A DNA stretch of 64,000 bases, taken from IMG/VR virus record IMGVR_UViG_641201025_000001, positions 1 to 64,000 of that record. One strand, written 5' to 3'. The DNA comes from a virus. Within the stretch, counting starts at the first letter, position 1. Each line of letters starts with the position of its first letter. Shown here in pieces: positions 1-8,686 of this stretch. The translations under genes and the position numbers were made by a program. The notes under the pieces were generated by a model. That model did no database searches, had not been told where the DNA came from, and worked only from the letters and a program-made list of their open reading frames with translations.

Positions 1-47
1 ATTCAAAACAATTTCGATATTAAACATTTCGTGAGGATTCTGATGAA

Positions 48-248
48 ATGAAGACATACCTGAGGGCTATGGTCCTTGCTGCTGCGTTCGTGTTTTTCGT
101 CTTCGTGTGCGTCATGGCTTTGCCGTGGCTCATCAACGAGGGCGGCACGCTCGGCATGTTCGGTATCCCGTTCGTCGCGGTTACGGCCGCAGCGCTTCTC
201 GTTCTCGCAGTAAAACTCGCTTTCAACCCGGAGAAACTCCAAAAATGA
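48..248 (+). CDS. small membrane protein, possible NfeD-like partner of the downstream SPFH protein
   Basis: 66-aa ORF with two long hydrophobic stretches. Its stop overlaps the start of the SPFH gene (ATGA at 245-248), consistent with translational coupling. Confidence 0.4.
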   Translation: MKTYLRAMVLAAAFVFFVFVCVMALPWLINEGGTLGMFGIPFVAVTAAALLVLAVKLAFNPEKLQK

Positions 249-1063
249 AGAAATACTTTCGCGTAGTGATGATGGCCGTCGCAATGGCACTCATGGCGTG
301 CGGCATGTCCGCGTGCGATAACGTGCCGTCCGGCTATGTCGGCGTCAAGGTGCAGAAATACGGTGACGATCGCGGCGTTCAACTCGAAGTGAAGGGGCCG
401 GGGCGCTACTTCGTCGGACCGACCGCTGATATCTTCGTTTTCCCGACGTTCACGCAGTCCTACATTTGGGACAAGGCGAACGGGGACGAGTCGTTCAGTT
501 TCCAGACCGTCGAGGGCCTGAGCGTCAACACAGATATCGGGATCAGTTACAGCATTCCGCGCGAGAACGCCCCGAAAGTATTCCAGAAATACCGGCGTGG
601 CGTCGACGAAATCACGGGCGTTTACCTGCGCGCGATGGTGCGCGATTCGCTGAACATGGCGGCGGCTTCGATGGGTGTCGAGGACGTGTACGGCAAGGGG
701 AAGGCGCAACTTCAAGCGACTGTCGAGAAGGACGTGAAGATCGAAGCGGCGAAAGTCGGCATCACCGTCGAGAAAGTCTATTTCGTCGGCGAAATGCGAC
801 TGCCGGATCAGATTCGCACGTCGATCTCGAACAAGATGGCAGCAGCTCAGCAAGCGCAACAGAAGGAGACGGAACTGAAATCGGCCGAAGCCGACGCCGC
901 GAAGGAGATCGCACGAGCAAAGGGCGACGCTGAAGCGATCCGGATCAAGTCGGAAGCCATGCGCTCGAACCCGATGTATTTGCAGGACAAGGCGATCGAC
1001 AAGTGGGACGGAAAACTTCCGCTCTACACGCAAGGCGTGCCGTTCGTGAAAACACTCCCGTAA
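245..1063 (+). CDS. SPFH/band-7 (stomatin/prohibitin-like) domain protein, probable lipoprotein
   Basis: ATG at 245 is in the ORF frame and is preceded by CCGGAGAAAC. The N-terminus is signal/lipobox-like (MAVAMALMACGMSAC), the core is SPFH-like, and the C-terminal tail is Ala/Gln/Glu-rich coiled coil. Confidence 0.6.
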   Translation: MKKYFRVVMMAVAMALMACGMSACDNVPSGYVGVKVQKYGDDRGVQLEVKGPGRYFVGPTADIFVFPTFTQSYIWDKANGDESFSFQTVEGLSVNTDIGISYSIPRENAPKVFQKYRRGVDEITGVYLRAMVRDSLNMAAASMGVEDVYGKGKAQLQATVEKDVKIEAAKVGITVEKVYFVGEMRLPDQIRTSISNKMAAAQQAQQKETELKSAEADAAKEIARAKGDAEAIRIKSEAMRSNPMYLQDKAIDKWDGKLPLYTQGVPFVKTLP

Positions 1064-1105
1064 TCCATCGACGACAAGGCCCGCTTCGGCGGGTCTTCAA
1101 CCATC

Positions 1106-1378
1106 ATGAAACAGTTTCTCATCCTCTGGATTCAATTCACGTTCCGAATCCCGCTCAGTCCGTTCCTGCCGTCGAACTGGCGCGCGTGGAAGGAGTGGTG
1201 GGGCCAAATGTTCTTCTACATGGCAATCACAAGCCTATGGATATCGCTGACCGTCACCTTACCTATCTCTGCGCCCTTACTGGCGCTCGTTCAGTGTCGT
1301 CTGAACACTCGCGCCGCTCGGATGCGGGAGAAGGCGATGCAGGAGTTCGATGCTCATCACAGGAGTTCGCAAAAATGA
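1106..1378 (+). CDS. hypothetical membrane protein
   Basis: 90-aa ORF with hydrophobic helices, immediately downstream of the SPFH gene. Confidence 0.35.
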   Translation: MKQFLILWIQFTFRIPLSPFLPSNWRAWKEWWGQMFFYMAITSLWISLTVTLPISAPLLALVQCRLNTRAARMREKAMQEFDAHHRSSQK

Positions 1379-1599
1379 CGCTCGAAGAAGAGTTGATCGC
1401 GGCATATGACCGCTACCTGTGCCGCATGGCGAGTCTCGGAAAGACCGATGAGCAATGGAACTACGACGAATTCTGCGTGAAATCGATGGACGCGGTATCG
1501 ATCAAGTGTCGGCGCAACGGTCAAAAGGACGCACAGAAAGAACTTCCAATCGAACTTCAACGGAATCCGAAGTTGGGTCGCCGGTCGGAATGGAGTTGA
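1375..1599 (+). CDS. hypothetical protein
   Basis: ATG at 1375 with AGGAG about 10 nt upstream; 74 aa; overlaps the previous stop. Confidence 0.4.
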   Translation: MTLEEELIAAYDRYLCRMASLGKTDEQWNYDEFCVKSMDAVSIKCRRNGQKDAQKELPIELQRNPKLGRRSEWS

Positions 1600-1656
1600 C
1601 TCGAATCATCCGTTTCTGATAACATCACAGCTTCTCAATAACCGGCATATCCAACA

Positions 1657-1947
1657 ATGGCAGTCAGCAAACTTCGTCGTGACGTATCGAAAGGTCGAGC
1701 AAAGATCGCACATGTCGGAAAGAATGATGAATGGCGAGTCGTCACGACGAGCGCAGGCCCGAAAGGCGAGTTTCATCACGTGCAATTCCGAGGTCAATCG
1801 TGGGTTCATTCCCCGTCGCTCGCGGCCGGCGTCCACGCGTGTAACACGATGGCGGAAATGCCGTTCGAGTCTTTCACGCTCGCCGATCGTCAAAAGATGA
1901 TCTACGTTCGTCGCATCACGACGGCCTACAATCCCGCTTCTCTGTGA
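1657..1947 (+). CDS. hypothetical protein
   Basis: 96-aa ORF with coding-like composition. Confidence 0.4.
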   Translation: MAVSKLRRDVSKGRAKIAHVGKNDEWRVVTTSAGPKGEFHHVQFRGQSWVHSPSLAAGVHACNTMAEMPFESFTLADRQKMIYVRRITTAYNPASL

Positions 1948-1954
1948 GGGCAGA

Positions 1955-2146
1955 ATGAACATTCACTACAATTCGACAATCATCAAACCGCGCGCCAAGT
2001 ACAATTACACATTCGGTGTCTGGTTCGTCCGATATCCCAACAGCGCGAAGGGAATCGGTTATGGAGGTGTCGGCGGCGATCTCGATTCCGCTCTGAAAAT
2101 AGCGGCAGAAGAGCATCACAAAGAAATTCAGAAGCGAGCGCAATGA
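1955..2146 (+). CDS. hypothetical protein
   Basis: 63-aa ORF; its stop overlaps the next start (ATGA). Confidence 0.3.
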   Translation: MNIHYNSTIIKPRAKYNYTFGVWFVRYPNSAKGIGYGGVGGDLDSALKIAAEEHHKEIQKRAQ

Positions 2147-2484
2147 AGCCGCGCCGCCGGTTCCACTGCCGCTGTAGGAAGTGCGATAGGCGGCGAGTCT
2201 TTCGCGATAATCCGGAAAAGGTTGAAGCGAAATTGTTTCCACGGTGTGAATGCGGGAAGCGAGATTGGCGTCTCGACAAGTGGATGAATAACCGAGACAC
2301 CGGAAAGACGCGCTGTGATTGCGCCGGCTACAGTTTCCCGCACCGCATGTCGACGATTTATTGCTGGCACCGCAAGGACGGATCCGATCGTCTGCCGGGT
2401 CATGAGGATTTCTGGACTCGCGACATGACACAGGAACAGCACGACGAACTGGTTCGACGCTATGACGAAGACGTTACCGCTTGA
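2143..2484 (+). CDS. Cys-rich (zinc-finger-like) protein
   Basis: 113 aa with multiple CxC/CxxC pairs (HCRCRKCD…CECGK…CDCAG), immediately upstream of the HNH gene. Confidence 0.4.
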   Translation: MKPRRRFHCRCRKCDRRRVFRDNPEKVEAKLFPRCECGKRDWRLDKWMNNRDTGKTRCDCAGYSFPHRMSTIYCWHRKDGSDRLPGHEDFWTRDMTQEQHDELVRRYDEDVTA

Positions 2485-2827
2485 AGGTGGATACGACCAC
2501 GGACCGTTGTTCGAGTTCAGATCGCGTCGCGGAATCATCCACAGGAACGCATGGTTGCACGGCGCACGCCGACGCCGTACAGAGCGGGAGCAAACCCCCG
2601 CATGGGTCGATCGCAAGGCGATAGCGGACCTGTACAGAAAAGCGCGACGCCTCACGCGCGAAACAGGCGAGCGATACGTGGTCGATCATATCGTTCCGTT
2701 GCGTGGGAAGACAGTATGCGGTCTGCACTGGCACGGGAACATGCGGGTTATGCACTGGCGCGAGAATGCACAGAAAGGCGCGTTCGAGTGGCCCGGCATG
2801 CCATTTGAACAAATAACACTCTTTTGA
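2462..2827 (+). CDS. HNH endonuclease
   Basis: Motif VDHIVPL…GLHWHGNMRVMHWRENAQKG matches the HNH His-Asn-His pattern. Confidence 0.7.
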   Translation: MTKTLPLEGGYDHGPLFEFRSRRGIIHRNAWLHGARRRRTEREQTPAWVDRKAIADLYRKARRLTRETGERYVVDHIVPLRGKTVCGLHWHGNMRVMHWRENAQKGAFEWPGMPFEQITLF

Positions 2828-2907
2828 TGAAAATCTGTTGATCCTGAAATACTTTCTGAGTTAAGATTCTTCAATCGACAACGTAACACCCAAACGGAGA
2901 TAGTGAA

Positions 2908-3936
2908 GTGACCGAACAAAAGACCCTGACCACGACGTTTAAGCAGAAAATCGCATCGGGCGAAGTCAAGCGCGCCGATATGATGAAGTGCCGACTCGAA
3001 GACCTTTACGTCGAAGAAGGCTTCAACCTTCGCACGCCGTTCGATCAACTCGAAGGTGAAGCCCTTCAAGAAGTTCTCGACGCCGACGAAGCGCTTTATG
3101 AGTTCATCAAAGCTGGCGGTCAGATTCCGCCGCTCGAAGTTCGCCCGCGCGCGGAAGGTGGCGTGTGGGTCGTCGAGGGCCATCGCCGCCGCCGCGTGCT
3201 GATGCGTTGCGATGCTGAAGGCGTTCCGCTGCGCGACGGCAAGCCGGTTCCCGGCGGCGATCCGCGCGGCGAACTGTGGGTTAAGATCGAATCCTTCACG
3301 GGTGACGACGCTGACCGCAAGTCGCGCATCCTCACGTCGCAAGACAACCTGAAGCTGCACGCGGTCGAAATCGCGAACGGCTATCTCGAACTGTCGAAGT
3401 TCGGGTGGACGAACGAGCGTATCGCGAACCTGCGCAAGAAGACCCCGCAACACGTCGCACAGTACCTCATCGTGGCCGGCGCGGACACCTATGTGAAGTG
3501 GGCGATCCGTAACGACAAAATCGCATTCACGGAAGCGGTAAAGATCGTTCGCAAGCACGGCGACGGCGCGGCACAATTCATCAAGGATAAGCTGTCGGGC
3601 GCGGGGAAGAAGCTGACCGCCGCGACGATCGGCTCGAAGAATCTGCCGAAAAAGATCGTCGACGAGGTTGAAGCCTCTACGATCTTCGTCATCGACAATC
3701 TCACCGCAGAAGCGAGCGAGGCAATCGCGAAGGCCGCACTCAGCCCGGAACAATTCGCCGATGAAATCGTAGAAATCCGTGCCGGCGATCTCGCGGAACT
3801 GCTGAAGGCCGTCAACGCGATCAAGGAAGAGCGCGCGAAACAGGCCGAGAAGCGCGCGGAAGCGGCCGGAATCGACCCGCGCAAGAAAACGCCATCGGGT
3901 CTGACCGACGAAGAAGTCGAAGAGGCACAAAGCTGA
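2908..3936 (+). CDS. ParB/sulfiredoxin-like nuclease-domain protein
   Basis: GTG start after GGAGATAGTGAA. The N-terminal VVEGHRRRR motif is typical of the ParB N-terminal domain; the C-terminal half is charged and helical. Confidence 0.6.
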   Translation: MTEQKTLTTTFKQKIASGEVKRADMMKCRLEDLYVEEGFNLRTPFDQLEGEALQEVLDADEALYEFIKAGGQIPPLEVRPRAEGGVWVVEGHRRRRVLMRCDAEGVPLRDGKPVPGGDPRGELWVKIESFTGDDADRKSRILTSQDNLKLHAVEIANGYLELSKFGWTNERIANLRKKTPQHVAQYLIVAGADTYVKWAIRNDKIAFTEAVKIVRKHGDGAAQFIKDKLSGAGKKLTAATIGSKNLPKKIVDEVEASTIFVIDNLTAEASEAIAKAALSPEQFADEIVEIRAGDLAELLKAVNAIKEERAKQAEKRAEAAGIDPRKKTPSGLTDEEVEEAQS

Positions 3937-4110
3937 CAAATTGCGCACAACGATCTAACAGTAACATTTCGGTGTGCGCTTCTCAGTATATCCCCTACCG
4001 AAAATTGTTTTCTTCATACTTCCTTTCCAAAATTTTTGAGCTATAAATGAATCGTCGCTTCTGAGAATCAAAGATCGACGTTCACTTTTGCCACTTTTTG
4101 GAGAGTCACC

Positions 4111-4506
4111 ATGTCACCGCGCGCTAAAGAAGTAAAGCAATCCGTCTTCCTCCAAGCATCGCCCGCGAAGGACCAGTTGATAGCCGTCTACCGCGAACTT
4201 CAGAAAATCCCTCGGACTATGGTCGCCCGGCGTCAGCTTGGCGTAATCATTTCGAATCTGAACACGTGGCAGCAGCGGTATATGCCGGAAGCCTCGATTC
4301 CCACGTGGGAGACGATGGAGTTCGACGCCGGCCTCGATCAAGCCGACAAAAACCGGTTCCCGTACACGCGGGCAGAGATCGATTTGATGCTCAAGAAGTA
4401 CCGCGAGGTGGGGTATCTAGGCATGGATTCCGAGGAAAAGAAAATTCTGGCTTGGTACGATGAACACTACGTTAGCGGCCCGGAGAACGGAAACGGAAAG
4501 CATTAA
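4111..4506 (+). CDS. hypothetical protein
   Basis: 131-aa ORF with GGAG upstream (tggagagtcaccATG). Confidence 0.45.
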   Translation: MSPRAKEVKQSVFLQASPAKDQLIAVYRELQKIPRTMVARRQLGVIISNLNTWQQRYMPEASIPTWETMEFDAGLDQADKNRFPYTRAEIDLMLKKYREVGYLGMDSEEKKILAWYDEHYVSGPENGNGKH

Positions 4507-4664
4507 AATGGCAACTTTTCAAGCAAGTTGCGCGAAGATTCTAAGGCCGCGCAACTTGCTAAGGGCGACGCCGAGTGAAAGTGTAACAATCCGAAACAAC
4601 CGGGGCGCGGCGTTCCGGTTGCTCGATAATCGACATGGCGACTAACCCAACAGGAGAGCCGACT

Positions 4665-5279
4665 ATGTCAAAGAATTTTACGTTCGTTGTCCCAGATAAC
4701 GGCGTCTTTAATTTCTCCCCGCTCCGAATCCTCGAACTCGACCAGAACCCGAAATTTCCCGGAACACTCGCCGTAAATAGCAACCTGAGCGTAAAGGGTA
4801 CGATCAGTTCGTCGAACGATGCGAACCCCGCCAGCCCGACCAACACGGGCGTCCTCTTGCTTTCCGGAACAGGTATCGCCGACGTTGTGCTTTACGATGC
4901 GTCGCAGACTGCGAACAATCGCGAGGCGGAATGGATGTTCTTTCAGGGAAAGCTACAGGCCCGCGTGAAGAACGATTCGGGGAGCGCCGCGAAGGTTCCG
5001 CTCGCGATTACGGCTGGATATGCCTCTGGTATCAAGGCGATCGACAGCGATTCCGGTAGCGGTGCGTGGTCACATACCGGAGACATGTCCGTGTCGGGCG
5101 TGTTCACGATCAAGTCGAGCTACACCGTGGCGAATCTGCCGGCACCTTCTGCCGCGCTGAAGGGCGCGCGTACCGCTGTCACAGACGGGAAATTCGTTTC
5201 ATGGGGCGCAGACGTGACAGGCGGCGACACTCAGTTCTCTCCGGTGTACTGCGACGGCACGAAGTGGGTGTACGGCTGA
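4665..5279 (+). CDS. tail-fibre-like / receptor-binding-like protein encoded in the early region
   Basis: ATG at 4665 with CAGGAGAG SD. Ser/Thr/Gly-rich beta-type composition; the C-terminus (TAVTDGKFVSWGADVTGG…VYCDGTKWVYG) resembles phage tail-fibre C-terminal domains. Confidence 0.45.
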   Translation: MSKNFTFVVPDNGVFNFSPLRILELDQNPKFPGTLAVNSNLSVKGTISSSNDANPASPTNTGVLLLSGTGIADVVLYDASQTANNREAEWMFFQGKLQARVKNDSGSAAKVPLAITAGYASGIKAIDSDSGSGAWSHTGDMSVSGVFTIKSSYTVANLPAPSAALKGARTAVTDGKFVSWGADVTGGDTQFSPVYCDGTKWVYG

Positions 5280-5359
5280 GATCATTCTCACAAACACTCT
5301 TGCGCAATCATCCAAAGGTGGTTAATATCTTGTTCATAGATCAGATGAACGGAGATAGC

Positions 5360-5575
5360 ATGGTTCGCGTAACGGTGCGCCAGAATTTTGTAGAAAAAGA
5401 CCCCATCGTTTTCTGTCAGCATCCAGACGAACATATTGCCTTGAAATGTGTCGCCGCCGGGTTCGCCGCGCACTGCGCAAAGTCCGGAATGCGCCTTGAC
5501 GTTCACTCGGAGTTTGTCGTCGACATGCTCCGTCAAGATTTCGGATACCACGTCTCGATCGAAACCGACCACTAG
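5360..5575 (+). CDS. hypothetical protein (alternative: antisense ORF 5288-5692 on the minus strand)
   Basis: ATG at 5360 directly after ACGGAGATAGC; 71 aa; local GC dip. A 134-aa minus-strand ORF overlaps it completely. Confidence 0.3.
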   Translation: MVRVTVRQNFVEKDPIVFCQHPDEHIALKCVAAGFAAHCAKSGMRLDVHSEFVVDMLRQDFGYHVSIETDH

Positions 5576-5671
5576 GCCGAAACATACGCGTCCGCAAGGC
5601 AGTAGAGCGGGCGCGGTTGCAGCGTGTGGCGCTGCCTGACGATGGCCGTCAACTTTATCGGAGATAACCCA

Positions 5672-6001
5672 ATGAATCTTTGCCCCGTACAAATCGAGTT
5701 GTTGAAAGAAGTGCGCGCTGCGTTCGATGAGATCGACTGCGCCCGGCGAACCGGATACATTTGCCTCGAATTGAATCGCATCGCGCGCGCTGGTCGTGGC
5801 CGTGAAGAACTCTCACACGAGGCGAAGAGGCTGTTCGACGCGATTCAATACGCAATAAGTCCGAATATGACGATCGAAATGTGGATCGCGCGGCGTTACA
5901 CGAACTGGTATAGGTTCAGCATAAGCGAGCGCCACTATCTCACGCACATGGCCCGTTGCGCATGGCTCGACCGCATGATCGAAACCGGAGTTTGCGCGTG
6001 A
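5672..6001 (+). CDS. paralog family member 1 (YICH / AWLDRMIETG family, unknown function)
   Basis: Start after CGGAGATAACCCA. Shares N-terminal xLxxxQ[IV]ExL…YIC[LH]A and C-terminal ARCAWLDRMIETGVCA motifs with 7678, 9664 and 12868. Confidence 0.55.
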   Translation: MNLCPVQIELLKEVRAAFDEIDCARRTGYICLELNRIARAGRGREELSHEAKRLFDAIQYAISPNMTIEMWIARRYTNWYRFSISERHYLTHMARCAWLDRMIETGVCA

Positions 6002-6196
6002 AACGATATCAATTCGTTTTTAGTATCAAGCCGCGCCCGCAACCGTGGGCCCCCGGAATGGCCGTGATCGGCGCGTTCAGCGGAGCCCCGCTTATCCTGC
6101 CTTGCGAGCCGTTCACCGAAGCGTCTCAAAAGATGGTGCGTGAGGCTGACCTGTGCATCTACAAGGCTATGGCTCATCCTCTGAATTGATTTCAAC

Positions 6197-6233
6197 CAAA
6201 AGTGTTGACGAGCAACGGAAACGAGTTCATACT
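6197..6233 (+). promoter_or_regulatory. sigma70-like promoter box (CCAAAAGTGTTGACG-17-CATACT)
   Basis: Member of a repeated promoter family; gene 6268 lies downstream. Confidence 0.5.
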
Positions 6234-6267
6234 CTGTTCCGTTGCTTAATCATTTCCGGAGATAACC

Positions 6268-6657
6268 ATGTCGAACCGATACATCGTGAAGGGCGTCAAT
6301 GACGAGCGCGATTTTTGTGAATGCTGCGGCAAGAAAGGGCTGAAGCGCGTCGTCTGGATCGAGGACACGGAAACCGGCGAAATCAAGCACTTCGGCACGA
6401 CGTGTGCCGCGCAACCGGTCAAGGGTTTCGGCGTCGATCGCGAAATTCAATACGCGATCCGTCAATTCGACAACCGCGCAAAGGAAATCGGCCGGATGAC
6501 GCTCTTTCATTACAAGAAACTCGGCGGAAAGTACATCGCGCATCCGACGAAAGAATTTTCGTTCGTTCCGGAAGACTCGGACCTTTATGCAAAGGCCCTC
6601 GCGGAAATGACGATCGAGGTTGATAAGTTCTACTCAGGGTTCAAGGCTATCAAATGA
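6268..6657 (+). CDS. hypothetical CxxC protein
   Basis: Promoter box at 6197-6233 and CCGGAGATAACC ATG; 129 aa with CECCGK…C. Confidence 0.5.
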   Translation: MSNRYIVKGVNDERDFCECCGKKGLKRVVWIEDTETGEIKHFGTTCAAQPVKGFGVDREIQYAIRQFDNRAKEIGRMTLFHYKKLGGKYIAHPTKEFSFVPEDSDLYAKALAEMTIEVDKFYSGFKAIK

Positions 6658-7388
6658 CCAAACAAAAACGATCGAACGGGTCGGTCATGCGCACGCGACC
6701 ATGCTGCGTCGAAGGATGCGAGAAGCCGGCCTACATCAACTTCCGATGCCATGAGCATCATCGCCGGTTTTTGCTCGGATTCCAGACAGAGGACGTGCCG
6801 GCCGAAACTCGCGATCTCGTGCGCGAACTGTTCAAGACTCCAAAAACGGTTCGGCAGGTTGCGGACCTGACCGGAATCGATGCCGCGACGGTCGTCTCGG
6901 CCGCTTGGCAATCTGGCGCGACGATCCTGTTCAACCTGCCTGATGGCGCGGCGGTATTCAGCACGGCGCGCGTCGAGGGTATCGCCTCGTATCGCCTCGT
7001 GGCTGAGATCATGCAGCTATCGCCCGGCATGTCGTGCACGGCAATTGCGCGCCTCGCTCAACGATCGAACGCAGCGACAAGGCGTATCGTGCGGGAGTTT
7101 CATGAGAACGGGCTCGCGCACATTTCCGGATGGAACCCGATTCGACACGGACACGAACCGCGATACATGTTTTGGGCGGGCAAGGATGCACCGAAGCCGG
7201 CACCGCTCACGAGCCAGCAAGTAAGCGAGCGATACTATCGGAAGAACCGCACGTCGACCGAGTTCAAGATCAAGCGCGCTAACCGTCGCCGCGCTGAGAA
7301 GCTGACGAAGAACGTGCAGCGCGATCCGATGATCGCAGCGTTTTTCGGGCCTTCATCAAAAAGTGTTGACCATGAAATGATTTCGTGA
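6654..7388 (+). CDS. putative DNA-binding regulator (zinc ribbon plus HTH-like segment)
   Basis: N-terminal CCVEGC…CHEHH ribbon and an internal HTH-like segment (MSCTAIARLAQRSNAATRRIVREF); ATGA overlap with the upstream gene. Confidence 0.45.
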   Translation: MTKQKRSNGSVMRTRPCCVEGCEKPAYINFRCHEHHRRFLLGFQTEDVPAETRDLVRELFKTPKTVRQVADLTGIDAATVVSAAWQSGATILFNLPDGAAVFSTARVEGIASYRLVAEIMQLSPGMSCTAIARLAQRSNAATRRIVREFHENGLAHISGWNPIRHGHEPRYMFWAGKDAPKPAPLTSQQVSERYYRKNRTSTEFKIKRANRRRAEKLTKNVQRDPMIAAFFGPSSKSVDHEMIS

Positions 7389-7394
7389 GACTAT
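7358..7394 (+). promoter_or_regulatory. sigma70-like promoter box (CAAAAAGTGTTGACC-17-GACTAT)
   Basis: Family member; overlaps the 3' end of gene 6654-7388. Confidence 0.45.
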
Positions 7395-7429
7395 TCTTTC
7401 ACTGATTCATCACTACCGGAGATAACGAA

Positions 7430-7663
7430 ATGACGAAGACCGAAATCCAAGCGCTGAAAAACATCGCCGCGCGCCTGAAGGAGCAAAACTGCGGATGCTC
7501 GAATAGCAACCGCAACGCCGAACTCGTCGCCGAGTGCAACAAGCGCGAGATTGAAGCCGTTTCGCGCATCTACCTCGACACGTGGATCATTTCGGCGCTC
7601 GATCTGTTGATCGAAGGCGGAAACCGTAACGCCGAACTCGCGCGTAGCCTTTCGTCGAAGTGA
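7430..7663 (+). CDS. hypothetical protein
   Basis: ATG after CCGGAGATAACGAA; 77 aa. Confidence 0.45.
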   Translation: MTKTEIQALKNIAARLKEQNCGCSNSNRNAELVAECNKREIEAVSRIYLDTWIISALDLLIEGGNRNAELARSLSSK

Positions 7664-7677
7664 TCGGAGATAACGAA

Positions 7678-8049
7678 ATGGTTCTCAACGCAAAGCAAGT
7701 CGAAATTCTGCGCAAGGCGCGCGTCATGATTGGTCTGAAATTCGACCATGAGAATGACGCGCGATGGAAGCGAGTATCGGAGTTCATCTGTCATGCGATC
7801 GACGATGCGTGCCAATGCGAACGGGCATCGGCTACGGAAAACAACGATCTGTTGTCGATCATCCGGCGCGGTCTGCGATCGCGTCATGGCTTTCAGGAAA
7901 CGTTCGTCGGCTGGTACGTCGACGAGGTTCCGTTTGACATCCGGTTTTCTGGCAAGCATATCGAGAACGAGGACGAATTTATCGTGCTTGCTCGCCTGTG
8001 CTGGCTCGATCGCATCATCTACATCAACGAATCGAGGGACTACCAATGA
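7678..8049 (+). CDS. paralog family member 2 (YICH / WLDR family)
   Basis: ATG after CGGAGATAACGAA; contains FICHAI and LCWLDRIIY motifs. Confidence 0.55.
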   Translation: MVLNAKQVEILRKARVMIGLKFDHENDARWKRVSEFICHAIDDACQCERASATENNDLLSIIRRGLRSRHGFQETFVGWYVDEVPFDIRFSGKHIENEDEFIVLARLCWLDRIIYINESRDYQ

Positions 8050-8144
8050 TCATCACCATCGTTTGTTCGACGCTCGCCTTCATCATGGGCGCAATCCTCG
8101 GCGCGACCGGCATCATCTGGTGGGGTCTTCGGGAGGTCATGTGA
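8046..8144 (+). CDS. small hydrophobic peptide (32 aa)
   Basis: Single TM-like helix; start overlaps the previous stop. Confidence 0.25.
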   Translation: MIITIVCSTLAFIMGAILGATGIIWWGLREVM

Positions 8145-8242
8145 TGAATACGTGGCTCGTGGCCGGCGCGTTTCTCGCGTTCTACGTGTGGGTCGTCATG
8201 CCGATCCTTTCATACTTTTTCGGGAAGAGTGATGAGTCTTGA
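8144..8242 (+). CDS. small hydrophobic peptide (32 aa)
   Basis: Single TM-like helix; ATGTGATG overlap with the previous peptide. Confidence 0.25.
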   Translation: MNTWLVAGAFLAFYVWVVMPILSYFFGKSDES

Positions 8243-8513
8243 ATTGAAAGTTGGCCAAGTATGGCGCGCAAAGCGTCCGGCCGCTGCGGGCTCGTTCCTG
8301 TGCCCGATGATCAACGATCGTCAGATCATCTGGATCGATTCATTCGGGTCTGAAATCCAATACGACTCGCCGAGCGTCGCGCCGGGGCGGAAGTATCCCA
8401 AGGTAACGCGCGAGGCGTTCGAGAAGTGGGCGGGCCGCGAGGTAAAATCCGAACTACCGCCGGGTGGCGAGTGGGCGCGGTGGAACGATCAAGATCGGAG
8501 TCAAAATAAATGA
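8229..8513 (+). CDS. hypothetical protein
   Basis: 94-aa ORF. Confidence 0.4.
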   Translation: MMSLELKVGQVWRAKRPAAAGSFLCPMINDRQIIWIDSFGSEIQYDSPSVAPGRKYPKVTREAFEKWAGREVKSELPPGGEWARWNDQDRSQNK

Positions 8514-8686
8514 TCATGTTCACAGAGGCGCAATTGCGCGAGTTCGCAAAGAAGTGTTTCCTCGCCGGGTTCGAGGCGTCCGCGCAAGGCTGGAACGGAG
8601 AATTCGGGATTCGGACCGACTCGGACAGAAAGCACCTATCGGATTTCGCCGACAACGAAGTTCGAGACATCATGGAGAAAAGGTGA
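8510..8686 (+). CDS. hypothetical protein
   Basis: 58 aa; ATGA overlap. Confidence 0.35.
   Translation: MIMFTEAQLREFAKKCFLAGFEASAQGWNGEFGIRTDSDRKHLSDFADNEVRDIMEKR

Noticed and set aside
2686-3950. Minus-strand ORFs of 420 and 153 aa opposite the ParB-like gene
   Set aside because: Antisense shadows with Arg-rich composition; the plus frame has a recognisable ParB motif.
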